From the human T2T-CHM13v2.0 reference genome, Homo sapiens, in assembly GCF_009914755.1 (NCBI RefSeq), contig NC_060929.1: 64,000 nucleotides of DNA, one strand, 5' to 3'. Positions 1 to 11,000 of this stretch are shown here, one piece after another. The notes beneath the pieces are model-generated. The model searched no databases. It saw only the letters and a list, made by a program, of their open reading frames with translations, and was not told the DNA's origin. Numbering within the stretch: position 1 is the stretch's first letter; each line of letters begins with the position of its first letter. The position numbers and the translations under genes were made by a program.

Positions 1-488
1 TCAAAGAGCTCCAAATATCCACTTTCAGATTCTACAGAGTGTTTCAAAGCTGCTCTATCCAAAAAAAGTTTCAACTCGGAGAGTCGAATGCACATATCAC
101 AAAGCAGTTCCTGAGAATGCTTTCGTCTATTTTTCCCAGGAAGATATTTCCTTTTGGACCGTAGGCCTCAAATCGCTCCAGATATCCACATGCAGATTCT
201 CCAAATGAGTGTTTCCAAACTGCCCTATCAAAAGGAAGGTTCACCTCTGGTAGTTGAATGCAAACATCACAAAGAAGTTTCTCAGAATGCTTCTGTCTAG
301 TTGTCATAGGCAGATATTTCTTTTTCTACCATGGGCCTCAAAGCGCTCCAAATATCCACTTGCAGATTCTCCGAAAACAGTGTTTCAAAACTGCTCCATA
401 AAAAAGAAGGTTCAACTCTGTGAGATGAATGGACAGACCACAAAGAAGTTTCTGAGAATGCTTCTGTCTAGTGTTTATGTGAAGATAT

Positions 489-505
489 TCCCGTTTCCGA
501 TGAAG
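489..505 (-). other. Degenerate CENP-B box, monomer 3 (same slot in every HOR)
   Basis: TCCCGTTTCCGATGAAG versus the required NCCCGNNTNNNNCGAAN: CGAA>TGAA (CpG transition). Confidence 0.9.
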
Positions 506-829
506 GCCTCAAAGCAGTCCAAATATCCACTTGCAGATTCTACAAAAATAGTGCTTCAAAACTACTCTATGGAAAGGTATGTTCAACACTGTGAGATGAA
601 TGCAAACGTCACAAAGAAGTTGCTGAGAATGCTTCAGTCTAGTTTCTATGGGAAGACATTTCCTTTTGCACCACAGCCCTCAAAGCACTCCAAATGTCTA
701 CTTGCAGATTCGATAAAAGAGTTTTACAAAACTGCTCTATCAAAAGAAAGGTTCAACGCTGTGAGTTGAATCCACATATCACGAAAAAGTTTCTGAGAAT
801 GCCTCTATCTACTTTTTATGTGAAGATAT

Positions 830-846
830 TCCGGTTTCCAACGAAG
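830..846 (-). other. Degenerate CENP-B box, monomer 5 (one mismatch from canonical)
   Basis: TCCGGTTTCCAACGAAG versus canonical TCCCGTTTCCAACGAAG: CCCG>CCGG at an essential position, with the CGAA half intact. Confidence 0.92.
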
Positions 847-999
847 GCCTCAAAGCGCTCCAAATATCTACTGGCAGATTCTAGAAAAAGAGTGTTTCAA
901 AACTGCTCTATTAAAGGAAGGTTCAACTCTGTGAGTTGAATTCACACATCACAAAGAACTTTCTGACAATGCTTCTATCTAGTTTTTATGTGAAGATAT

Positions 1000-1016
1000 T
1001 ACTGTTTCCTATGAAG
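1000..1016 (-). other. Heavily degenerate CENP-B box, monomer 6
   Basis: TACTGTTTCC(C/T)ATGAAG: both CpGs are mutated to TpG, plus a C>A change. Confidence 0.8.
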
Positions 1017-1341
1017 GCCTCAAAGTGGTCCGAATATCCACTTGCAGATTCTACAAAAAGAGGTTTTCAAAACTGCTCTATGCAGAGGTATGTTCAACTC
1101 TGTGAGTTGAATGCAAACATCCCGAAGCAGTTTCTGAGAATGCTTCTGTCTAGTTTTTAGGGGCAGATATTTCCATTGGCACAAAAGCCCTCAAAGCGCT
1201 CCAAATATCCACTGGCAGATTCTACCAAAAGAGTGTTTCAAAACTGCTCTGTGAAAAGAAACGTTCAACTGTGTTAGCTGAATGCCCACATCACAAAGAA
1301 GATTCTGAGAATATTTCTGTCTAGTTTTTATTAGAAGATAT

Positions 1342-1358
1342 TCCCGTTTCCACCAAAG
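1342..1358 (-). other. Degenerate CENP-B box, monomer 8
   Basis: TCCCGTTTCCACCAAAG: CGAA>CAAA. Confidence 0.88.
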
Positions 1359-1512
1359 GACACAAAGCGAAGCCAACTATCCGCTTGCAGATCTTACAAA
1401 AACACGTTTCAAAACTGCTCTATCAAAGGAATGGTTCATCTCTCTGGGTTCAACGCACACATCACAAGGAAGTTTCTGAGAATGCTTCTGGCTAGTTTGT
1501 GTGTGAAGATAT

Positions 1513-1529
1513 TCCCGTTTCCAACAAAG
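1513..1529 (-). other. Degenerate CENP-B box, monomer 9 (one mismatch from canonical)
   Basis: TCCCGTTTCCAACAAAG: only CGAA>CAAA differs from canonical, with the CCCG half intact. Confidence 0.92.
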
Positions 1530-1681
1530 GCTTCAAAGCCCTCCAAATATTCACCTGCAATTGTTCAAAAGAGTGTTTCAAAACTGTTCTATCAAAAGGA
1601 AGGTTCAACTCTGTGAGTTGAATGCACGCTTCACATAAATGGTTCTGAGAATGCTTCTTTCTAGTTTTTATGTGAAGATAT

Positions 1682-1698
1682 TTCCTTCTCCACCATAG
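1682..1698 (+). other. Best pJalpha (A-box)-like motif, monomer 10; the other six A-type slots are more diverged
   Basis: TTCCTTCTCCACCATAG versus pJalpha TTCCTTTTYCACCRTAG (1 mismatch). The other A slots start at 148, 318, 660, 1171, 1853 and 2194. Confidence 0.8.
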
Positions 1699-2023
1699 CC
1701 CTCAAAGCGCTCCAAGTGTCCGCTGGCAGATTCCACAGAAACAGTGTTTCAAAACTGCTCTAACAAAAGAAAGATTCAACTCCGTGATTTGAATGCACAC
1801 ATCACAAAGCATTTTCTGTGAATCCTTCTGTCTAGTTTTTATATGAGGATATTTCCTTTTCTACCACGGGCATCCAAGCGTTCCAATTCTCCAATTGTAG
1901 ATTGCACAAACAGTGTGTTTCAAAACTGCTCCATGAGAAGGAAGATTCAAATTTGGGAGTACAATGCACACATCACGAAGAAGTTTCTGAGAATGCTTCT
2001 GTCCAGTTTATATGTGAAGATAT

Positions 2024-2040
2024 TCCCGTTTCCAGCAAAG
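2024..2040 (-). other. Degenerate CENP-B box, monomer 12
   Basis: TCCCGTTTCCAGCAAAG: CGAA>CAAA. Confidence 0.88.
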
Positions 2041-5000
2041 GTCTCAAAGCGGTCCAAATATCCACTTGCGGATCCCACACACAGAGTGTTTCAAAGCTGC
2101 TCTACGGAAAGGTATGTTCAACTCTGTGAGTTTACCGCAAACATCCTAAAGAAGTTTCTGGGAATGCTGCTGTCTAGTTTAATGTGAATATCTTTTCTTT
2201 TCCGCCATAGCCCTCAAAGAGCTCCAAATATCCACTTTCAGATTCTACAGAGTGTTTCAAAACTGCTCTATCCGAAAAAAGTTTCAACTCGGAGAGTCGA
2301 ATGCACATATCACAAAGCAGTTTCTGAGAATGCTTTCGTCTATTTTTCCCAGGAAGATATTTCCTTTTGGACCGTAGGCCTCAAATCGCTCCAGATATCC
2401 ACATGCAGATTCTCCAAATGAGTGTTTCCAAACTGCCCTATCAAAGGGAAGGTTCACCTCTGGTAGTTGAATGCAAACATCACAAAGAAGTTTCTCAGAA
2501 TGCTTCTGTCTAGTTGTCATAGGCAGATATTTCTTTTTCTACCATAGGCCTCAAAGCGCTCCAAATATCCACTTGCAGATTCTCCGAAAACAGTGTTTCA
2601 AAACTGCTCCATAAAAAGGAAGGTTCAACTCTGTGAGTTGAATGGACAGACCACAAAGAAGTTTCTGAGAATGCTTCTGTCTAGTGTTTATGTGAAGATA
2701 TTCCCGTTTCCGATGAAGGCCTCAAAGCAGTCCAAATATCCACTTGCAGATTCTACAAAAATAGTGCTTCAAAACTACTCTATGGAAAGGTATGTTCAAC
2801 ACTGTGAGATGAATGCAAACGTCACAAAGAAGTTGCTGAGAATGCTTCAGTCTAGTTTCTATGGGAAGACATTTCCTTTTGCACCACAGCCCTCAAAGCA
2901 CTCCAAATGTCTACTTGCAGATTCGATAAAAGAGTTTTACAAAACTGCTCTATCAAAAGAAAGGTTCAACGCTGTGAGTTGAATCCACATATCACGAAAA
3001 AGTTTCTGAGAATGCCTCTATCTACTTTTTATGTGAAGATATTCCGGTTTCCAACGAAGGCCTCAAAGCGCTCCAAATATCTACTGGCAGATTCTAGAAA
3101 AAGAGTGTTTCAAAACTGCTCTATTAAAGGAAGGTTCAACTCTGTGAGTTGAATTCACACATCACAAAGAACTTTCTGACAATGCTTCTATCTAGTTTTT
3201 ATGTGAAGATATTACTGTTTCCCATGAAGGCCTCAAAGTGGTCCGAATATCCACTTGCAGATTCTACAAAAAGAGGTTTTCAAAACTGCTCTATGCAGAG
3301 GTATGTTCAACTCTGTGAGTTGAATGCAAACATCCCGAAGCAGTTTCTGAGAATGCTTCTGTCTAGTTTTTAGGGGCAGATATTTCCGTTGGCACAATAG
3401 CCCTCAAAGCGCTCCAAATATCCACTGGCAGATTCTACCAAAAGAGTGTTTCAAAACTGCTCTGTGAAAAGAAACGTTCAACTGTGTTAGCTGAATGCCC
3501 ACATCACAAAGAAGATTCTGAGAATATTTCTGTCTAGTTTTTATTAGAAGATATTCCCGTTTCCACCAAAGGACACAAAGCGAAGCCAACTATCCGCTTG
3601 CAGATCTTACAAAAACACGTTTCAAAACTGCTCTATCAAAGGAAAGGTTCATCTCTCTGGGTTCAACGCACACATCACAAAGAAGTTTCCGAGAATGCTT
3701 CTGGCTAGTTCGTGTGTGAAGATATTCCCGTTTCCAACAAAGGCTTCAAAGCCCTCCAAATATTCACCTGCAATTGTTCAAAAGAGTGTTTCAAAACTGT
3801 TCTATCAAAAGGAAGGTTCAACTCTGTGAGTTGAATGCACGCTTCACATAAATGGTTCTGAGAATGCTTCTTTCTAGTTTTTATGTGAAGATATTTCCTT
3901 CTCCACCATAGCCCTCAAAGCGCTCCAAGTGTCCGCTGGCAGATTCCACAGAAACAGTGTTTCAAAACTGCTCTAACAAAAGAAAGATTCAACTCCGTGA
4001 TTTGAATGCACACATCACAAAGCATTTTCTGTGAATCTTTCTGTCTAGTTTTTATATGAGGATATTTCCTTTTCTACCATGGGCATCCAAGCGTTCCAAT
4101 TCTCCAATTGTAGATTGCACAAACAGAGTGTTTCAAAACTGCTCCATGAGAAGGAAGATTCAAATTTGGGAGTACAATGCACACATCACCAAGAAGTTTC
4201 TGAGAATGCTTCTGTCCAGTTTATATGTGAAGATATTCCCGTTTCCAGCAAAGGTCTCAAAGCGGTCCAAATATCCACTTGCGGATCCCACACACAGAGT
4301 GTTTCAAAGCTGCTCTACGGAAAGGTATGTTCAACTCTGTGAGTTTACTGCAAACATCTTAAAGAAGTTTCTGGGAATGCTGCTGTCTAGTTTAATGTGA
4401 ATATCTTTTCTTTTCCGCCATAGCCCTCAAAGAGCTCCAAATATCCACTTTCAGATTCTACAGAGTGTTTCAAAACTGCTCTATCCAAAAAAAGTTTCAA
4501 CTCGGAGAGTCGAATGCACATATCACAAAGCAGTTTCTGAGAATGCTTTCGTCTATTTTTCCCAGGAAGATATTTCCTTTTGGACCGTAGGCCTCAAATC
4601 GCTCCAGATATCCACATGCAGATTCTACAAAAAGAGTGTTTCCAAACTGCCCTATCAAAAGGAAGGTTCACCTCTGGTAGTTGAATGCAAACATCACAAA
4701 GAAGTTTCTCAGAATGCTTCTGTCTAGTTGTCATAGGCAGATATTTCTTTTTCTACCATAGGCCTCAAAGCGCTCCAAATATCCACTTGCAGATTCTCCA
4801 AAAACAGTGTTTCAAAACTGCTCCATAAAAAGGAAGGTTCAACTCTGTGAGTTGAATGGACAGACCACAAAGAAGTTTCTGAGAATGCTTCTGTCTAGTG
4901 TTTATGTGAAGATATTCCCGTTTCCGATGAAGGCCTCAAAGCAGTCCAAATATCCACTTGCAGATTCTACAAAAATAGTGCTTCAAAACTACTCTATGGA

Positions 5001-8000
5001 AAGGTATGTTCAACACTGTGAGATGAATGCAAACGTCACAAAGAAGTTGCTGAGAATGCTTCAGTCTAGTTTCTATGGGAAGACATTTCCTTTTGCACCA
5101 CAGCCCTCAAAGCACTCCAAATGTCTACTTGCAGATTCGATAAAAGAGTTTTACAAAACTGCTCTATCAAAAGAAAGGTTCAACGCTGTGAGTTGAATCC
5201 ACATATCACGAAAAAGTTTCTGAGAATGCCTCTATCTACTTTTTATGTGAAGATATTCCGGTTTCCAACGAAGGCCTCAAAGCGCTCCAAATATCTACTG
5301 GCAGATTCTAGAAAAAGAGTGTTTCAAAACTGCTCTATTAAGGGAAGGTTCAACTCTGTGAGTTGAATTCACACATCACAAAGAACTTTCTGACAGTGCT
5401 TCTATCTAGTTTTTATGTGAAGATATTACTGTTTCCCATGAAGGCCTCAAAGTGGTCCGAATATCCACTTGCAGATTCTACAAAAAGAGGTTTTCAAAAC
5501 TGCTCTATGCAGAGGTATGTTCAACTCTGTGAGTTGAATGCAAACATCCCGAAGCAGTTTCTGAGAATGCTTCTGTCTAGTTTTTAGGGGCAGATATTTC
5601 CATTGGCACAATAGCCCTCAAAGCGCTCCAAATATCCACTGGCAGATTCTACCAAAAGAGTGTTTCAAAACTGCTCTGTGAAAAGAAACGTTCAACTGTG
5701 TTAGCTGAATGCCCACATCACAAAGAAGATTCTGAGAATATTTCTGTCTAGTTTTTATTAGAAGATATTCCCGTTTCCACCAAAGGACACAAAGCGAAGC
5801 CAACTATCCGCTTGCAGATCTTACAAAACACGTTTCAAAACTGCTCTATCAAAGGAATGGTTCATCTCTCTGGGTTCAACGCACACATCACAAAGAAGTT
5901 TCTGAGAATGCTTCTGGCTAGTTGGTGTGTGAAGATATTCCCGTTTCCAACAAAGGCTTCAAAGCCCTCCAAATATTCACCTGCAATTGTTCAAAAGAGT
6001 GTTTCAAAACTGTTCTATCAAAAGGAAGGTTCAACTCTGTGAGTTGAATGCACGCTTCACATAAATGGTTCTGAGAATGCTTCTTTCTAGTTTTTATGTG
6101 AAGATATTTCCTTCTCCACCATAGCCCTCAAAGCGCTCCAAGTGTCCGCTGGCAGATTCCACAGAAACAGTGTTTCAAAACTGCTCTAACAAAAGAAAAA
6201 TTCAACTCCGTGATTTGAATGCACACATCACAAAGCATTTTCTGTGAATCCTTCTGTCTAGTTTTTATATGAGGATATTTCCTTTTCTACCACGGGCATC
6301 CAAGCGTTCCAATTCGCCAATTGTAGATTGCACAAACAGAGTGTTTCAAAACTGCTCCATGAGAAGGAAGATTCAAATTTGGGAGTACAATGCACACATC
6401 ACGAAGAAGTTTCTGAGAATGCTTCTGTCCAGTTTATATGTGAAGATATTCCCGTTTCCAGCAAAGGTCTCAAAGCGGTCCAAATATCCACTTGCGGATC
6501 CCACACACAGAGTGTTTCAAAGCTGCTCTACGGAAAGGTATGTTCAACTCTGTGAGTTTACAGCAAACATCCTAAAGAAGTTTCTGGGAATGCTGCTGTC
6601 TAGTTTAATGTGAATATCTTTTCTTTTCCGCCATAGCCCTCAAAGAGCTCCAAATATCCACTTTCAGATTCTACAGAGTGTTTCAAAACTGCTCTATCCA
6701 AAAAAAGTTTCAACTCGGAGAGTCGAATGCACATATCACAAAGCAGTTTCTGAGAATGCTTTCGTCTATTTTTCCCAGGAAGATATTTCCTTTTGGACCG
6801 TAGGCCTCAAATCGCTCCAGATATCCACATGCAGATTCTCCAAATGAGTGTTTCCAAACTGCCCTATCAAAGGGAAGGTTCACCTCTGGTAGTTGAATGC
6901 AAACATCACAGAGAAGTTTCTCAGAATGCTTCTGACTAGTTGTCATAGGCAGATATTTCTTTTTCTACCATAGGCCTCAAAGCGCTCCAAATATCCACTT
7001 GCAGATTCTCCGAAAACAGTGTTTCAAAACTGCTCCATAAAAAGGAAGGTTCAACTCTGTGAGTTGAATGGACAGACCACAAAGAAGTTTCTGAGAATGC
7101 TTCTGTCTAGTGTTTATGTGAAGATATTCCCGTTTCCGATGAAGGCCTCAAAGCAGTCCAAATATCCACTTGCAGATTCTACAAAAATAGTGCTTCAAAA
7201 CTACTCTATGGAAAGGTATGTTCAACACTGTGAGATGAATGCAAACGTCACAAAGAAGTTGCTGAGAATGCTTCAGTCTAGTTTCTATGGGAAGACATTT
7301 CCTTTTGCACCACAGCCCTCAAAGCACTCCAAATGTCTACTTGCAGATTCGATAAAAGAGTTTTACAAAACTGCTCTATCAAAAGAAAGTTTCAACGCTG
7401 TGAGTTGAATCCACATATCACGAAAAAGTTTCTGAGAATGCCTCTATCTACTTTTTATGTGAAGATATTCCGGTTTCCAACGAAGGCCTCAAAGCGCTCC
7501 AATTATCTACTGGCAGATTCTAGAAAAAGAGTGTTTCAAAACTGCTCTATTAAAGGAAGGTTCAACTCTGTGAGTTGAATTCACACATCACAAAGAACTT
7601 TCTGACAATGCTTCTATCTAGTTTTTATGTGAAGATATTACTGTTTCCCATGAAGGCCTCAAAGTGGTCCGAATATCCACTTGCAGATTCTACAAAAAGA
7701 GGTTTTCAAAACTGCTCTATGCAGAGGTATGTTCAACTCTGTGAGTTGAATGCAAACATCCCGAAGCAGTTTCTGAGAATGCTTCTGTCTAGTTTTTAGG
7801 GGCAGATATTTCCATTGGCACAATAGCCCTCAAAGCGCTCCAAATATCCACTGGCAGATTCTACCAAAAGAGTGTTTCAAAACTGCTCTGTGAAAAGAAA
7901 CGTTCAACTGTGTTAGCTGAATGCCCACATCACAAAGAAGATTCTGAGAATATTTCTGTCTAGTTTTTATTAGAAGATATTCCCGTTTCCACCAAAGGAC

Positions 8001-11000
8001 ACAAAGCGAAGCCAACTATCCGCTTGCAGATCTTACAAAAACACGTTTCAAAACTGCTCTATCAAAGGAAAGGTTCATCTCTCTGGGTTCAACGCACACA
8101 TCACAAAGAAGTTTCCGAGAATGCTTCTGGCTAGTTCGTGTGTGAAGATATTCCCGTTTCCAACAAAGGCTTCAAAGCCCTCCAAATATTCACCTGCAAT
8201 TGTTCAAAAGAGTGTTTCAAAACTGTTCTATCAAAAGGAAGGTTCAACTCTGTGAGTTGAATGCACGCTTCACATAAATGGTTCTGAGAATGCTTCTTTC
8301 TAGTTTTTATGTGAAGATATTTCCTTCTCCACCATAGCCCTCAAAGCGCTCCAAGTGTCCGCTGGCAGATTCCACAGAAACAGTGTTTCAAAACTGCTCT
8401 AACAAAAGAAAGATTCAACTCCGTGATTTGAATGCACACATCACAAAGCATTTTCTGTGAATCTTTCTGTCTAGTTTTTATATGAGGATATTTCCTTTTC
8501 TACCACGGGCATCCAAGCGTTCCAATTCTCCAATTGTAGATTGCACAAACAGAGTGTTTCAAAACTGCTCCATGAGAAGGAAGATTCAAATTTGGGAGTA
8601 CAATGCACACATCACGAAGAAGTTTCTGAGAATGCTTCTGTCCAGTTTATATGTGAAGATATTCCCGTTTCCAGCAAAGGACTCAAAGCGGTCCAAATAT
8701 CCACTTGCGGATCCCACACACAGAGTGTTTCAAAGCTGCTCTACGGAAAGGTATGTTCAACTCTGTGAGTTTACTGCAAACATCTTAAAGAAGTTTCTGG
8801 GAATGCTGCTGTCTAGTTTAATGTGAATATCTTTTCTTTTCCGCCATAGCCCTCAAAGAGCTCCAAATATCCACTTTCAGATTCTACAGAGTGTTTCAAA
8901 ACTGCTCTATCCAAAAAAAGTTTCAACTCGGAGAGTCGAATGCACATATCACAAAGCAGTTTCTGAGAATGCTTTCGTCTATTTTTCCCAGGAAGATATT
9001 TCCTTTTGGACAGTAGGCCTCAAATCGCTCCAGATATCCACATGCAGATTCTCCAAATGAGTGTTTCCAAACTGCCCTATCAAAAGGAAGGTTCACCTCT
9101 GGTAGTTGAATGCAAACATCACAAAGAAGTTTCTCAGAATGCTTCTGTCTAGTTGTCATAGGCAGATATTTCTTTTTCTACCATAGGCCTCAAAGCGCTC
9201 CAAATATCCACTTGCAGATTCTCCGAAAACAGTGTTTCAAAACTGCTCCATAAAAAAGAAGGTTCAACTCTGTGAGATGAATGGACAGACCACAAAGAAG
9301 TTTCTGAGAATGCTTCTGTCTAGTGTTTATGTGAAGATATTCCCGTTTCCGATGAAGGCCTCAAAGCAGTCCAAATATCCACTTGCAGATTCTACAAAAA
9401 TAGTGCTTCAAAACTACTCTATGGAAAGGTATGTTCAACACTGTGAGATGAATGCAAACGTCACAAAGAAGTTGCTGAGAATGCTTCAGTCTAGTTTCTA
9501 TGGGAAGACATTTCCTTTTGCACCACAGCCCTCAAAGCACTCCAAATGTCTACTTGCAGATTCGATAAAAGAGTTTTACAAAACTGCTCTATCAAAAGAA
9601 AGGTTCAACGCTGTGAGTTGAATCCACATATCACGAAAAAGTTTCTGAGAATGCCTCTATCTACTTTTTATGTGAAGATATTCCGGTTTCCAACGAAGGC
9701 CTCAAAGCGCTCCAAATATCTACTGGCAGATTCTAGAAAAAGAGTGTTTCAAAACTGCTCTATTAAGGGAAGGTTCAACTCTGTGAGTTGAATTCACACA
9801 TCACAAAGAACTTTCTGACAGTGCTTCTATCTAGTTTTTATGTGAAGATATTACTGTTTCCCATGAAGGCCTCAAAATGGTCCGAATATCCACTTGCAGA
9901 TTCTACAAAAAGAGGTTTTCAAAACTGCTCTATGCAGAGGTATGTTCAACTCTGTGAGTTGAATGCAAACATCCCGAAGCAGTTTCTGAGAATGCTTCTG
10001 TCTAGTTTTTAGGGGCAGATATTTCCATTGGCACAATAGCCCTCAAAGCGCTCCAAATATCCACTGGCAGATTCTACCAAAAGAGTGTTTCAAAACTGCT
10101 CTGTGAAAAGAAACGTTCAACTGTGTTAGCTGAATGCCCACATCACAAAGAAGATTCTGAGAATATTTCTGTCTAGTTTTTATTAGAAGATATTCCCGTT
10201 TCCACCAAAGGACACAAAGCGAAGCCAACTATCCGCTTGCAGATCTTACAAAAACACGTTTCAAAACTGCTCTATCAAAGGAATGGTTCATCTCTCTGGG
10301 TTCAACGCACACATCACAAGGAAGTTTCTGAGAATGCTTCTGGCTAGTTTGTGTGTGAAGATATTCCCGTTTCCAACAAAGGCTTCAAAGCCCTCCAAAT
10401 ATTCACCTGCAATTGTTCAAAAGAGTGTTTCAAAACTGTTCTATCAAAAGGAAGGTTCAACTCTGTGAGTTGAATGCACGCTTCACATAAATGGTTCTGA
10501 GAATGCTTCTTTCTAGTTTTTATGTGAAGATATTTCCTTCTCCACCATAGCCCTCAAAGCGCTCCAAGTGTCCGCTGGCAGATTCCACAGAAACAGTGTT
10601 TCAAAACTGCTCTAACAAAAGAAAGATTCAACTCCGTGATTTGAATGCACACATCACAAAGCGTTTTCTGTGAATCCTTCTGTCTAGTTTTTATATGAGG
10701 ATATTTCCTTTTCTACCACGGGCATCCAAGCGTTCCAATTCTCCAATTGTAGATTGCACAAACAGAGTGTTTCAAAACTGCTCCATGAGAAGCAAGATTC
10801 AAATTTGGGAGTACAATGCACACATCACGAAGAAGTTTCTGAGAATGCTTCTGTCCAGTTTATATGTGAAGATATTCCCGTTTCCAGCAAAGGTCTCAAA
10901 GCGGTCCAAATATCCACTTGCGGATCCCACACACAGAGTGTTTCAAAGCTGCTCTACGGAAAGGTATGTTCAACTCTGTGAGTTTACTGCAAACATCTTA

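Larger units (their letters stand above)
1..2213 (-). repeat. Representative HOR unit (U1): 13 monomers in box order A A B A B B A B B A A B A, SF5-like (R2/R1)
   Basis: The 17-bp box slots start at 148, 318, 489, 660, 830, 1000, 1171, 1342, 1513, 1682, 1853, 2024 and 2194 (spacing 167-171 bp). Irregular A/B alternation is the established hallmark of SF5. Marker sites recur once per unit: SacI GAGCTC 6-11, EcoRI GAATTC 938-943, BglII AGATCT 1389-1394, BamHI GGATCC 2070-2075. Confidence 0.9.

Noticed and set aside
254-769. Longest ORF (171 aa)
   Set aside because: It results from a private TAG>TGG change near 333 in U1 that joins three monomers, so it is chance read-through.
830-846. Apparent functional CENP-B box (TTCCAACGAAG)
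   Set aside because: The essential CCCG is CCGG in U1-U27 and CTGG in U28-U29.
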